Below are positions 19,998-29,830 of a stretch of 64,000 bases of DNA, piece after piece. Position numbers and translations under genes: made by a program. This stretch comes from Thermodesulfobacteriota bacterium. Lineage in GTDB: Bacteria; Desulfobacterota; GWC2-55-46; JADFVP01. The notes beneath the pieces are model-generated. The model ran no database searches. It was not told the DNA's origin and worked only from the letters and a program-made list of their open reading frames with translations. The DNA lies in contig JBHHVI010000003.1 in the NCBI GenBank assembly GCA_046754225.1, positions 5,933 through 69,932 on the forward strand. The letters run 5' to 3'. Numbering within the stretch: position 1 is the first letter of the stretch; each line of letters opens with the position of its first letter.

Positions 19998-20861
19998 TTA
20001 CACCATTAAAGAGATAAGGAATAGAAAGGTTACAGCGCCTATCCAGAGATAATCCCGGCCCCTCATCACCGAGCCGCCGAGCACCCTGAGCCTGCCTCCA
20101 AAACCCCTTGACACCATGGCCATATTAAGCTCTTCGGCGGCCGCAAGGGATTTTTTGAGGAATAACGCTACACGGGAGGCGAACCAGCCCCCATGGTCTT
20201 TGAGCCTTGACGCGTCTATTGTTCTGGACCTTCGCGCCATGGACGTATCCTCGGCCGTCCTCAAGAGTATGAAGATGTGCCTGAAAGTCATAAAGAGTGT
20301 GGTTACGAATACGGCCGGTACGGGTAACCTCCTGAGGCCTATAAAAAAATCGGCCTCTCGCGTGGTGAGTATGAGTAGCGCCACAAGGGAGGTCATGGTG
20401 GTGACCCTGGTGATGAAGAAGACGCCCGTCTTTAGCCCGCTCTCTGTTATGAAAAAATCAAAGCCGCCAAGGGAGAAGCCGGTAACTGCTTTGCCCGGGC
20501 TTAAGAACCTGAAGAATACAGGGATTATTATAATGAGCGTGAATATGAACGCCGGAAGGACCTTTTTGGCAATGCTCGAAAATCCCACTCCCGACAGGAC
20601 GGCAAGTACGGCAAGGAGCGCCGCCGCCGTCAGGAGCGTAAAAAAATCCTCCGCGAATGAGGCGGCGGCGGTAAGGACGAGCACTCCGGCAATGCGGGCC
20701 GAGGGGTCAAGGAGCTGCAGGAACCCGCGCCTCTCAGCGCTCTCCTTCGAGTCGGAGATCCAACCCCTTAAAGAGGCGAGGGCGGAAAGGTTCTTTCTTA
20801 TAAAACCTGCCTCCTTTGTAGCCGCCCCTTGCCCGCCCCTGCGGCCATCGGACTCCTTCAT
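19998..20861 (-). CDS. cbiQ: ECF transporter transmembrane (T) component CbiQ
   Basis: Polytopic membrane protein in the cbiMNQO gene order; start trimmed to the internal Met so that it no longer overlaps the cbiMN gene. Confidence 0.65.
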   Translation of the reverse strand: MKESDGRRGGQGAATKEAGFIRKNLSALASLRGWISDSKESAERRGFLQLLDPSARIAGVLVLTAAASFAEDFFTLLTAAALLAVLAVLSGVGFSSIAKKVLPAFIFTLIIIIPVFFRFLSPGKAVTGFSLGGFDFFITESGLKTGVFFITRVTTMTSLVALLILTTREADFFIGLRRLPVPAVFVTTLFMTFRHIFILLRTAEDTSMARRSRTIDASRLKDHGGWFASRVALFLKKSLAAAEELNMAMVSRGFGGRLRVLGGSVMRGRDYLWIGAVTFLFLISLMV

Positions 20862-20875
20862 CCACTCCGGTATCT

Positions 20876-21871
20876 TCAGCGTCTTCTGCAATGCCTCTCC
20901 CAGCAATATATTCCAAGGACCAGTAGAGAACTCCCGAGGGCCGCGGAAAAGATATAAAGGACGGAGGGGCCAATGGCCCCGAGCCTCCCGGCGATGCCGG
21001 TCATAAACGAAGAGCCGTAGCCCGGCAAAATGCCCTTCCAGCCATCGGCCCTCGACATGCCCTCGGGTATGTAGCCGAAGAGCTTTAAAAACTCTTCTCC
21101 CGACCACTCTCCCCAGGGCGTGGCCGCGGCGAAAAGTCCTATGGGTACGAGAATTATAAGCGCCGTCAGGAGGAGCCACATGGGGTTTATCCTCCCCGAG
21201 CCGATTATAAGCTCCCCCTCCCTTCTGTATTTATAAATATAAAAGACCACCATAGCTGTTCCAAGGGCCTCGACGGGCCCGAAAAAGAAGAGATGGGGCA
21301 AAACCATGGCTGGGATTGTTATGGAGAGGGGAAAGGGGGCGTAAAGCGGGGCGCCGGCCTGAGTGTGGGCCACAAGGGGCTGAAGGCCGAGTTCGAGAGC
21401 CGCGGCGAATGCCGCCACATTGACGCTTATATACCCGGCGATGAGCGCCGCCGTAAACCTTCTCTTCACACCCGGCTTTCCCAGGGTCAATCCACTGTAG
21501 ATGTAGTAGCCTGAAAAACTCATAAGGAAGGCCATGTTAAAGCAGTTCGCGCCGAGGGCCGTTACGCCTCCGTCGCCGAAGAGAAAGGCCTGGAGCACGA
21601 GGGCGAGGCTCAAGGCCGCCACAGCCGCCCACGGCCCGATCGCTATGGCCGCCACAGCCGCGCCGACCATGTGCCCTGATGAACCGCCCGGAACCGGGAT
21701 ATTGAACATCATTATGACAAAACCGAAGGCGGCGGCAAAAGCCATGAGAGGCATTTCCTTCACCTTCAACCTCTTTTCCACCTTCCTCGAAGAAATATAC
21801 CAGAGGGGCGCCATGGCGCCGTAAAAGACAGAGCAGGTAGCCGGGCTCAGGTATCCGTCGGGTATATGCAT
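20876..21871 (-). CDS. cbiM: fused CbiM-CbiN (or NikM-NikN) substrate-capture component of a Co/Ni ECF transporter
   Basis: Starts MHIPDGYL, the invariant CbiM/NikM N-terminus; C-terminal extra TM pair with PWGEWSGEE, CbiN-like. Confidence 0.8.
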   Translation of the reverse strand: MHIPDGYLSPATCSVFYGAMAPLWYISSRKVEKRLKVKEMPLMAFAAAFGFVIMMFNIPVPGGSSGHMVGAAVAAIAIGPWAAVAALSLALVLQAFLFGDGGVTALGANCFNMAFLMSFSGYYIYSGLTLGKPGVKRRFTAALIAGYISVNVAAFAAALELGLQPLVAHTQAGAPLYAPFPLSITIPAMVLPHLFFFGPVEALGTAMVVFYIYKYRREGELIIGSGRINPMWLLLTALIILVPIGLFAAATPWGEWSGEEFLKLFGYIPEGMSRADGWKGILPGYGSSFMTGIAGRLGAIGPSVLYIFSAALGSSLLVLGIYCWERHCRRR

Positions 21872-22048
21872 CTTTAATACCCTCTCTTCAAAGGTTTTTT
21901 ATGACCATGCATGAAAAGGCGCCTTTTAATCGCTGCGCCCATGGCCCTGTCCAAGTCCGCCCCTCCTGGCCGGGAGTTGAAGACCTTTTTGACTCGGGGT
22001 TTTTCATATTAATTGCGACGGACCGGGGCGTCGCCTGGCGTGCTTTTA

Positions 22049-22810
22049 TCAGCTTCCCGTCTCTTCCGTTCCGCCACGGCTCTCTTCTTCCCTCTCGTCC
22101 ACCGAGCGGCCGGCGGGGCGGTTTCTACAAATAATCTGCGAAAAGATACCCCTCAGCATATTGACCTCCCTCTGCATGAGGGCCGTCCTGCCCAGGATTT
22201 TTCTAAAATTTCTCTTGATAAGTTTTAATAGCCCCCCGCCCCCCTTGTCGCCGTATTCCAGGGCCCTCAAGGCCTCTTCCATGTGGACATACATCTTCTC
22301 CACTTCCTCCACGGGCGCGGCTTCTATTGTCTCTCCCCTAAAGGGCTCGTTCTCCGAGACGAAGAGGTGGTGGGCGAGGAGAAAGACGGCGTGGGAGAGG
22401 TTTAAAGAGGGATAACCGCCGTGAGCCGGGAGTTCCACGAGGATATTGCAGAGTTCGAGTTCTGTGTTTTTAAGCCCCTTGTCCTCCCTGCCGAAGAGGA
22501 CGGCCACGCTGTTTCTCCGGGCCATATTGAGTATGCCCCCCACCGCCTCATGGAGGTTTAATACAGGGTCTCTAACCTTACCGAGCCTGCGGGTCGTAGC
22601 GGCCACAAAACCAAACCTGGAGAGCGCCTCTTTTAAGCCCTGAAAGACCCTCGCCCCGCGTATTATATCCGTAGCATTGCAGGCCATGGAAAGGCATTCA
22701 TCGTTATTAAAATCACAGGGGTTTACAAGGACGAGGTCAGAGAGGCCGTTATTTTTCATCGCCCTCGCGGTGCTGCCTATATTTCCCGCCCCCCTCGGCT
22801 CCACAAGCAC
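22049..22810 (-). CDS. SpoU/TrmH-class RNA 2'-O-methyltransferase (TrmJ-like)
   Basis: 253 aa; LVEPRGAGNIGSTARAMKNNGL and SLNLSHAV motifs of the SPOUT class. Confidence 0.7.
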   Translation of the reverse strand: MLVEPRGAGNIGSTARAMKNNGLSDLVLVNPCDFNNDECLSMACNATDIIRGARVFQGLKEALSRFGFVAATTRRLGKVRDPVLNLHEAVGGILNMARRNSVAVLFGREDKGLKNTELELCNILVELPAHGGYPSLNLSHAVFLLAHHLFVSENEPFRGETIEAAPVEEVEKMYVHMEEALRALEYGDKGGGGLLKLIKRNFRKILGRTALMQREVNMLRGIFSQIICRNRPAGRSVDEREEESRGGTEETGS

Positions 22811-22904
22811 TATTGAGATATTTTTTAGCCTGTCCGCTATGGCCCTGTTCCCCTTGAATAAAAAATCTCTTTTGCCGGTCTCTTCATCTCTCTTTTCAAG
22901 CCCC

Positions 22905-24266
22905 TTATGAAAGGGTCCTTTTTAAAATCTCTCTCGCCGCCACAACCCCTGATACCGCCGCCTGGATTATCCCCCTCGTAACGCCTGCCCCGTCGCCCGC
23001 GGCAAAGAGGTTTTTTATCTCCGTCTCCATGGAACCGGCGAGCTTGAGCCTCAGGGAATAAAACTTCACCTCGATGCCGTAAAGGAGCGTCGAAGGGGAG
23101 TTTACACCCGGAGCGAAGCGGTCGAGGACTTCAAGCATTTCTATTATATCGGATACGTAACGGTATGGCAGGACGAAGGAGAGGTCTCCGGGCGTAGCGC
23201 CCTGAAGGGTCGGCCTGACCCCGCCCCTTTTTATCCTTCCCGGCGTGGAGCGCCTTCCGTGCAGCAGGTCCCCGAGCCTCTGAACGATTATGCCCTCGCC
23301 GAGGAGATTGGCGAGCCGGGCTATATAGCGGCCGTAGGCGATAGGCTCATGGAAGGGTTCGGTAAAGGTCGTTGAGACGAGTATGGCGAAGTTAGTGTTT
23401 TCAGAACCCCTTTTAGAAAAACTGTGCCCGTTCACAGTACAGAAACCGGCGTGACTTTCCTTTACGACTATACCGTAGGGGTTCATGCAGAAGGTCCTTA
23501 CCTGGTCATCGAATTTTTTTGAATTATACAGGAGTTTCGCCTCATGGAGCGTGTCTGTTGCGCTTCTCAAGATGGATGCCGGCACCTCTACCCTGACGCC
23601 TATGTCCACGGGGTTAACGGTGGTGGTGAGCCCCATCTCCTCCGCCGTATCCTGAAGCCAGTGGGAACCGCTCCTGCCGGGACACAGTATTACGTAATCG
23701 GCCCCGTACTCAGCGCCGTCGGCGGTCCTCACGCCCTTTACGACGCCGCCCCCGCGAACAATCTCCTTGACCTCCGTATCGAAGAGGAGGTCCACCCCGC
23801 CCCCGAGGGCCTCCCTCATATTCTTTAAGACCTTGAAGCACCTGTCCGTGCCCATATGCCTTATGGGGAAGGTTACGAGCCTCAGGCCCGCCCTCGCCGC
23901 CGTTTCTTCTATGCCGGCCGCCGTTTTTTTATCCTGCCCCTTGAGCTCCTCCGTCGCTCCGAATTCAAGGAAGAGCCCGTCGGAATAGCCGATGAGGTCA
24001 TCAAGGTCGTCATCCTCAAGGTAGTCCCTTAAAAAGCCTCCAACGTCTTTGGTCAGGTTCAATTTGCCGTCACTGAAGGCCCCGGCGCCGCCGAAACCGC
24101 TGAAGAGGTCCTTTCTCTCTCTCTTTTCAAGGTCCCTGCCCTTTTCAACGAGAAGGATTTTCAAACCCTTTCCGCCTCGCGCGAGCTCGAGGGCGGAAAA
24201 GATCCCCGCGGGGCCGGCCCCCACTATTATGCAATCATAACGCATATTTTTTTCTCCCATAAACAA
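22905..24266 (-). CDS. FAD-dependent oxidoreductase (uncharacterized COG2509-like dehydrogenase)
   Basis: 453 aa; N-terminal Rossmann GxGxxG (IIVGAGPAGIFSA) and C-terminal FAD-binding GDGAG. Confidence 0.6.
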   Translation of the reverse strand: MFMGEKNMRYDCIIVGAGPAGIFSALELARGGKGLKILLVEKGRDLEKRERKDLFSGFGGAGAFSDGKLNLTKDVGGFLRDYLEDDDLDDLIGYSDGLFLEFGATEELKGQDKKTAAGIEETAARAGLRLVTFPIRHMGTDRCFKVLKNMREALGGGVDLLFDTEVKEIVRGGGVVKGVRTADGAEYGADYVILCPGRSGSHWLQDTAEEMGLTTTVNPVDIGVRVEVPASILRSATDTLHEAKLLYNSKKFDDQVRTFCMNPYGIVVKESHAGFCTVNGHSFSKRGSENTNFAILVSTTFTEPFHEPIAYGRYIARLANLLGEGIIVQRLGDLLHGRRSTPGRIKRGGVRPTLQGATPGDLSFVLPYRYVSDIIEMLEVLDRFAPGVNSPSTLLYGIEVKFYSLRLKLAGSMETEIKNLFAAGDGAGVTRGIIQAAVSGVVAAREILKRTLS

Positions 24267-24343
24267 AAAAATACTGGAAGATTATAACAGAATTACTTTG
24301 AGGTGGCGAATTTTTCGCCTCCTCTTTCAAAAGATAAGGAAAA

Positions 24344-24375
24344 GGGGGTGTCTAAAAGACACCCCCTTTGTTTTT
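24344..24375. terminator. hairpin GGGGGTGTC-TAAAA-GACACCCCC followed by T-run; putative terminator for the sigma-factor gene (could act bidirectionally)
   Basis: Perfect 9-bp stem; TTTGTTTTT on the + side and a U-rich tract on the - side. Confidence 0.45.
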
Positions 24376-24448
24376 CAGGTATGGGATGTGGAAGGTTGGT
24401 TTAAGGGTAAGATTTTATGCTCTTAAGTACGGGGCCTTTATTGCGCAG

Positions 24449-25456
24449 TCAAACCACGTCTGAAAAGGTCATGTCCGCGCCCTCGATAATATCCTTGAGC
24501 TTTACGAGCGCCCGCCCCTCGATCTGCCTGACCCTTTCCCTGGTAACGCCGAACCTCCTGCCTATGGTCTCAAGCGTCTCAGTGTCAACGCCGCCGAGGC
24601 CGAACCTGAGCCTCAGGATTTCCCTCTCGTTCTTTTCAAGGCGGCCCAGCCACTCCTTCACCCTGCCGTTCATCTTATTGCTGACTATGATATCAAGTGG
24701 AGAGAGCGCAGACTCGTCCTCTATCCTTTCAAGAAGCGGCTGATCGAAATCCTCGGACGGAGTAGACTCAAGCGAGCATGTCTTCTTTATTATCCTGTCA
24801 ATCTTCTTGACATATCTCCCCGTGAAACCCGTCCTTGCTGATATCTCGCTTATGCCGGGCTCCCTCTCCAATTCAAGGGCGAGCTGCCTTCTCGCCTTCG
24901 TAATCCTCGCGAGGTCGTTTGTCACGTGTATGGGCAGGCGCACCGTCCTCGACTGGTTGGCTATGGCCCTGTCCACGGCCTGCCTTATCCAGTACGTAGC
25001 GTACGTGGAAAACCTGCAGCCCTTTTTGGACTTGAAACGCTCCACGGATTTTATAAGACCGATGTTGCCCTCCTCTATAAGGTCCTGCAGCGGCAGGCCC
25101 CTGTTCAGGTACCTCTTGGCGATATTTACTACGAGCCTCAGGTTGGACTCGATCATGGTTCTGCGCGCCTCGTTGTCGCCCCTTGCTATCCTCCTGGCAA
25201 GCGCCTTCTCCTCATCCGCGCTTAAGAGATTGAACTCCTTTATGCTGTTGAAGTATATGCTCACGGTGTCGGCGGCCGGCGCCTTCACGTTGGCGCCCCT
25301 GGCGCGCTTATTTTTGCCGGCCATGACCTGAGTGGCGCAGGCCCTCCTTCTCTTTATTCTCCGGACGGGGGCCAGTCCCTGAACCTTCCCGGCGGAGCGG
25401 ACTTCCGACACGGGTCCTGAACCTTTCTTATTACGGGCAACTCCTCCTGTCAGCAT
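24449..25456 (-). CDS. RNA polymerase sigma factor, sigma-70 family (RpoD/RpoS-like, regions 1.2-4)
   Basis: Conserved regions 2-4 ([29 protein letters not shown], region 4 HTH); the basic N-terminal extension may be overcalled, with an alternative start near 25324. Confidence 0.8.
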   Translation of the reverse strand: MLTGGVARNKKGSGPVSEVRSAGKVQGLAPVRRIKRRRACATQVMAGKNKRARGANVKAPAADTVSIYFNSIKEFNLLSADEEKALARRIARGDNEARRTMIESNLRLVVNIAKRYLNRGLPLQDLIEEGNIGLIKSVERFKSKKGCRFSTYATYWIRQAVDRAIANQSRTVRLPIHVTNDLARITKARRQLALELEREPGISEISARTGFTGRYVKKIDRIIKKTCSLESTPSEDFDQPLLERIEDESALSPLDIIVSNKMNGRVKEWLGRLEKNEREILRLRFGLGGVDTETLETIGRRFGVTRERVRQIEGRALVKLKDIIEGADMTFSDVV

Positions 25457-25485
25457 CTTTGTACCCCCTTCCGCCTTAAAGGACT

Positions 25486-25593
25486 TTATGAATCCGACTT
25501 TTCAAACTCTGACTCTTTGCACTCCGGGCATTCCTTGGGCCTGCACCTCGACTCCTTGGAGTACCCGCATTTCTTGCATTTCCATGCCGCCAT
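25486..25593 (-). CDS. small zinc-ribbon protein (35 aa, CxxC...CxxC), absent from the ORF track
   Basis: [35 protein letters not shown]; AAGGAG RBS 8 nt upstream of the ATG; sits between the peroxiredoxin and the sigma factor on the same strand. Confidence 0.45.
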   Translation of the reverse strand: MAAWKCKKCGYSKESRCRPKECPECKESEFEKSDS

Positions 25594-25668
25594 TTTTACT
25601 GCTCCTTATTATTAAAGAAATCTTTATTTAAAGCAAAAAGTCTGTACGCCCCTCTTCATAAAAAAGGC

Positions 25669-26265
25669 TTACGCCAGATGGGCGCCTGCGTACTCCTCAA
25701 GCCCCTCCTGCGTGGGCTTCATCCCGTCTTCGCCTTTATGCCAGTTCGCCGGGCAGACCTCACCGTGTTCCTCACTGAACTGTATGGCGTCAATCACCCT
25801 CAGTATCTCGTCCACGTTCCTGCCAAGCGGCAGGTCGTTTATCGTGAGGCTTCTGAGTTTGCCCTCTTTATCTATAATGAACATCCCCCGGAGCGCGATG
25901 CCCGGTTTCTCAAGAAGCACGCCGTACTTCATGCATATGCTCTTGTCGAGGTCGGATACGAGGGGGAACTTAATCTCGCCGATGCCGCCGTCTTTACGCG
26001 GCGTAGTCCGCCACTTGTAGTGAGAGAAATGGCTGTCAACGGAGATTCCCACAACCTCGGCTCCCCGGGCCTTGAACTCTTCCATCCTATCGCTCAACGC
26101 CACTATCTCCGTCGGGCAGACAAAAGTGAAATCAAGGGGATAGAAAAAGAGAACAACGTACTTACCCTTGTAATCCGACAGTTTCAACTCCTTCATCGAG
26201 CCGTCTTCCATGACAGCCTGTGCCGCGAACTCCGGCGCCTCTTTCTGAATATAAGCCTCTGACAT
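25669..26265 (-). CDS. ahpC: 2-Cys peroxiredoxin (AhpC/Tsa family)
   Basis: FTFVCPTEI peroxidatic Cys motif and a resolving Cys in ...GEVCPANW. Confidence 0.85.
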   Translation of the reverse strand: MSEAYIQKEAPEFAAQAVMEDGSMKELKLSDYKGKYVVLFFYPLDFTFVCPTEIVALSDRMEEFKARGAEVVGISVDSHFSHYKWRTTPRKDGGIGEIKFPLVSDLDKSICMKYGVLLEKPGIALRGMFIIDKEGKLRSLTINDLPLGRNVDEILRVIDAIQFSEEHGEVCPANWHKGEDGMKPTQEGLEEYAGAHLA

Positions 26266-26288
26266 CTTCTATTACCTCCTGAGTTTTT

Positions 26289-26696
26289 TTATTTGCAGTT
26301 GTTGCATATACCGTAAAAATCCACATGGTTGCCCTTTATTTCGAAATCACCCGAAACCTCCCGGGGAAGCCTCAGCACCTCTGTGTAGTCTATAAAGACG
26401 TCTTCGATCCTGCCGCAACCGGTGCACATGATGTGGTGATGAGGTTTGTAGTTTGGATCAAAGTGTTTTCTCTCAGGGTCTATCGTTATCTCAAGCAGCT
26501 CGCCGCGCTCTATAAGGGCCTGAACAGTATTGTAGACAGTGGCGAAGGATACTGTAGGGTGCTTTTTTCTAATCTCCCTGTAAATGTCATCGGCGGTGGG
26601 ATGGTCCGTGTTGCCGTCGAGGTAGTGAAGTATGGCGAGCCTCTGCGGCGTCAGCTTGAAACCCTTTCCCCTGTATCTTTCTATTATCTTTTCCAT
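26289..26696 (-). CDS. Fur-family transcriptional regulator, probably peroxide-sensing (PerR-like)
   Basis: 135 aa; winged-helix N-terminus, HHHIMCTGCG and CNNCK zinc sites; immediately upstream of the peroxiredoxin. Confidence 0.75.
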   Translation of the reverse strand: MEKIIERYRGKGFKLTPQRLAILHYLDGNTDHPTADDIYREIRKKHPTVSFATVYNTVQALIERGELLEITIDPERKHFDPNYKPHHHIMCTGCGRIEDVFIDYTEVLRLPREVSGDFEIKGNHVDFYGICNNCK

Positions 26697-26969
26697 CTTG
26701 AACTTTTCAAAAAAGGTTTTGTTTTCAATGATTATTAACTTGGAATGGTTCTATTATAGTAAAGATTCCAGGTTTGTCAAGCTTTTTTTGTCCCCTCAGG
26801 ACATTTTTTTTAACTTGTTGGAATTAAAGGATAAAATTAGCTTAAGGGGGAGCGGCGGCATTCTTCCGAGGAACGGTTATTGACTGAGAAAAATAAAAAT
26901 GATACAAACTTCTCACGCTTTTATTTCAGAACCTGCAAAGTTAAAAGCGTTACAGGGAGGGCCGCAAAC

Positions 26970-27455
26970 ATGTTCTTCAGCCTCATGCACATAGTCCACG
27001 TTATAGCAGTCGTACTCTGGATAGGGGGGCTGGCCTTTATAACGTTCCTTCTCCTGCCCATGATAATCAGGATGAAGGACCCGCTACAAAAGGTTCTCCT
27101 TTTTCAGCGCATAGAGCACAGGTTCGCTCCGCTGGCCCGCGTCTATAACATAATAACGGGCATATCCGGCGTTATAATGGTCCTGACAATGGGATGGCAG
27201 CGTATCATCTTTACAAGGGCCGGCCTTCCGCTCCTTGTGATGAGCGCTGTATGGGTCATGTGGTTTGTGATGTTATTCGGCCTTGAGCCTCTCATCGTAA
27301 GGCGGATGCTCGACAACATGGCCCGGGGCGGGACCAATATGGATATAGAGGGCGTCTTCAACAGGATGAACAGGATGCACTGGGTCCTTGTTATAGTCTC
27401 CATCGTCGCCATTATATCCGGCTCGGTCTTCGCCCACGGCCCTCTCTTTTTCTAA
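26970..27455 (+). CDS. hypothetical 4-TM membrane protein
   Basis: Start placed at MFFSLMH with an AGGGAGG RBS; no family recognised with certainty. Confidence 0.45.
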   Translation: MFFSLMHIVHVIAVVLWIGGLAFITFLLLPMIIRMKDPLQKVLLFQRIEHRFAPLARVYNIITGISGVIMVLTMGWQRIIFTRAGLPLLVMSAVWVMWFVMLFGLEPLIVRRMLDNMARGGTNMDIEGVFNRMNRMHWVLVIVSIVAIISGSVFAHGPLFF

Positions 27456-27464
27456 TCTTTTTGT

Positions 27465-28037
27465 TTACGCCTCCTCAAAAAAAACCCCCTCAAGGGCGAG
27501 GAGCGCCCTCTTTATCTCCACCCCTCCCGTATAGCCTCCCAGGCGGCCGTCAGCCCCTATGACCCTGTGACACGGTATTATTATGGGCAGGGGATTCCCG
27601 GCGCAGGCGCCCCCCACGGCGCGCGCGCTTTTGGGGCGCCCTATAATGGATGCCACTTCGCCGTAGCTTCGTAGAGAGCCCCGGGGTATCCCTCTGAGGG
27701 CACCCCACACCGCCTCTTTAAAAGAAGTCCCGTGAAATTTTACGTCCACGCTGAAAGATACGGGCCGTCCGGTGAAGTAGCGGTCAAACTCCCTGAAGAG
27801 GACGGCGAACCTTCTTCCATCCTCTCTCAAATCCAGACCACCGGCCGGGCCGCGGACGGTCGGGCCGCGGGAGAGCCTCTTTAAAAACGCTTTCACATCA
27901 GCGAGGCCAACACCAACACCTACGACCCCCTCTAAATCGGCGGCTACGTAGAGGCGGCCTACCGGAAGAGGGGCCTCGTAAGACGAATACCATACCGGCC
28001 CTTTTATGAGCGTACCTTCGAGCTTCTTCACGTCCAC
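27465..28037 (-). CDS. ogt: methylated-DNA--protein-cysteine S-methyltransferase
   Basis: Active-site PCHRVIGADG and the GNPLPIIIP motif. Confidence 0.8.
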   Translation of the reverse strand: MDVKKLEGTLIKGPVWYSSYEAPLPVGRLYVAADLEGVVGVGVGLADVKAFLKRLSRGPTVRGPAGGLDLREDGRRFAVLFREFDRYFTGRPVSFSVDVKFHGTSFKEAVWGALRGIPRGSLRSYGEVASIIGRPKSARAVGGACAGNPLPIIIPCHRVIGADGRLGGYTGGVEIKRALLALEGVFFEEA

Positions 28038-28329
28038 CCACCCACGGCAAACAAAAGCGGCGTTTTTTTATGAAACAAAAAACGCAGGTTGTCAGATTAA
28101 TTATAAAGGTTTTTAAGGACAATTGTGCGAAAAAAAGGGCGGGGTGGAAGGCGGATTCCGGGGCGAACCCCGTGGCGTTCGATTCTCCTCTAAAGTCCGT
28201 CGGCTGTAATGCAGACAATAGCACCGCTTTGCGCCCCTTAAGAGTCAGGGGGGCGGACCGATGGGGTGATTTAGTGAAGGGGTGAAGGGGATTCAATTTC
28301 CGTTCCCGCCGGAGAGCACGGCGGGGCGG

Positions 28330-29610
28330 CTAAAAATCCTTGCCGGCGGTCATAACGGATCCGCCAACCTTTAATCTGGCGATGGTATCGTTTTTGACCT
28401 TGGCGAAACGCGCCATCTCCCTTCTCGAAACAGACAATTTGGGGTTGGACCTTATGTTAAGGGGATTTAAAAACCGCCCCCTCTTCTTTACCTCGTAATG
28501 GAGATGGGGGCCGGTGGAAATACCCGTTGAACCCACGTACCCCACCACATCACCCTGGGCCACCCGGACGCCCCGCCTTATGCCTCTTTTTATCCTCGAC
28601 ATATGGCCGTATCCGGTCTTGAACCCGTTACTATGCTTTACCACCACAAACCTGCCGTAACCCTTTTTCCATCCTGCGAACTCCACGCGGCCGCTGCCCG
28701 TCGTCTCGATGGGGGTGCCCCTGGGCGCGGCGTAATCCACGCCGTGGTGCGGCCTGTACCTTTTCAGTATGGGATGATAGCGCCTTCTGGAAAAATAACT
28801 CGTAATCCTGCTGTAGCGGAGCGGGGACTTCAGAAGGAGCCTCCTTAAAGACCTGCCTTTGAGGTCGTAATATCCGGGCCTGCCCCTTCCGTCCTTAAAA
28901 TATACCGCCGAATAAGTTCTGCCGTTATTTACTATTTCCGCGCCGAGGATACGGCCTGTCTTTACCGGCCTCCCCTCGACGTAAGTCTTTTCATAAAGGA
29001 TACTGAAGGTGTCGCCCTTTCTTATGTCCGTGGCGAAGTCCACGTCCCAGGCCATTATATCGGAGAGGGAGAGGATTATCCCCGGGTCCACACCTTCTTG
29101 TACGCCGGCCTCATAGAGCGAGGTTTCAATCTCACCCGACGCCCTCTCGACCCTCACCTCAGTCGGGAGTTTCAGTATGCCCGCCTTATAGCCTTCACTG
29201 ACATTGTCGTTCCTCTTCAAGACGAAGAGCTCGAAAGCGTTGAGGCCGTAGAGCACCCTGTCGACACGCCCCTTGAGCGTAACTACGCTCAGCTTGGTTC
29301 CGCTCCGCAGGCGCGAAAGATTGCAGATTGGTTTGGCCACCCTGGCCATCCTGTATATTTCGGAAGGCGCCACATTGAACCGGCTCATGATGGAGTAAAA
29401 AGTATCATTCCGAGTGACCTTTATATCGTATCTGTCCGGCCTGGCGACGGTAAGGTTTTCGGCGGGGTATTGGTCGACGTCCCTGCGGGAAGAGGCCTCG
29501 GGGCTCAAAAGGAATAAGAGCGACAGGACGACCGAAGAACCCACGAGCGCCAGAAGAAGAAAGGGTCTCACCAAACTGTTATTTCTTAACCCATCTGAAA
29601 GGTCTCTCAA
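28330..29610 (-). CDS. M23 family metallopeptidase with N-terminal TM anchor and OapA/LysM-like region
   Basis: HHGVDYAAPRGTPI and GYGHMS motifs (HxxxD/HxH of LytM-type peptidases). Confidence 0.75.
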   Translation of the reverse strand: MRDLSDGLRNNSLVRPFLLLALVGSSVVLSLLFLLSPEASSRRDVDQYPAENLTVARPDRYDIKVTRNDTFYSIMSRFNVAPSEIYRMARVAKPICNLSRLRSGTKLSVVTLKGRVDRVLYGLNAFELFVLKRNDNVSEGYKAGILKLPTEVRVERASGEIETSLYEAGVQEGVDPGIILSLSDIMAWDVDFATDIRKGDTFSILYEKTYVEGRPVKTGRILGAEIVNNGRTYSAVYFKDGRGRPGYYDLKGRSLRRLLLKSPLRYSRITSYFSRRRYHPILKRYRPHHGVDYAAPRGTPIETTGSGRVEFAGWKKGYGRFVVVKHSNGFKTGYGHMSRIKRGIRRGVRVAQGDVVGYVGSTGISTGPHLHYEVKKRGRFLNPLNIRSNPKLSVSRREMARFAKVKNDTIARLKVGGSVMTAGKDF

Positions 29611-29830
29611 TTTTGTCTTCCCCCCGAGAAATTTTTTAAATAATATTAGAATCGCAGGCCGCTGTCAAGGCCCTTCTTTAAACTTTTCTTAATATCTACA
29701 GGGGTTTTTATCAGTTACCTGCGTCACAAAGGATGCAATAATAATTTGAGCTTTCCATAAAAATCAAGTATCATTGGAAACAGACAGGGAGACTAACAGA
29801 GGCGGCAGATAATTTCAGTGCGCGTTAATC

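Noticed and set aside
21872-22048. Cobalamin riboswitch upstream of cbiMN
   Set aside because: The leader lacks the conserved B12-box (GCCACTG) and I could not trace the other conserved aptamer elements by eye; left as an unexplained leader
28150-28260. Possible tRNA or tmRNA-like element (GGCGTTCGATTCTCC resembles a T-loop) in the ogt/M23 intergenic region
   Set aside because: I could not assemble an acceptor stem, D-arm and anticodon arm around it on either strand. It is more likely a GC-rich hairpin in the M23 terminator or ogt promoter region
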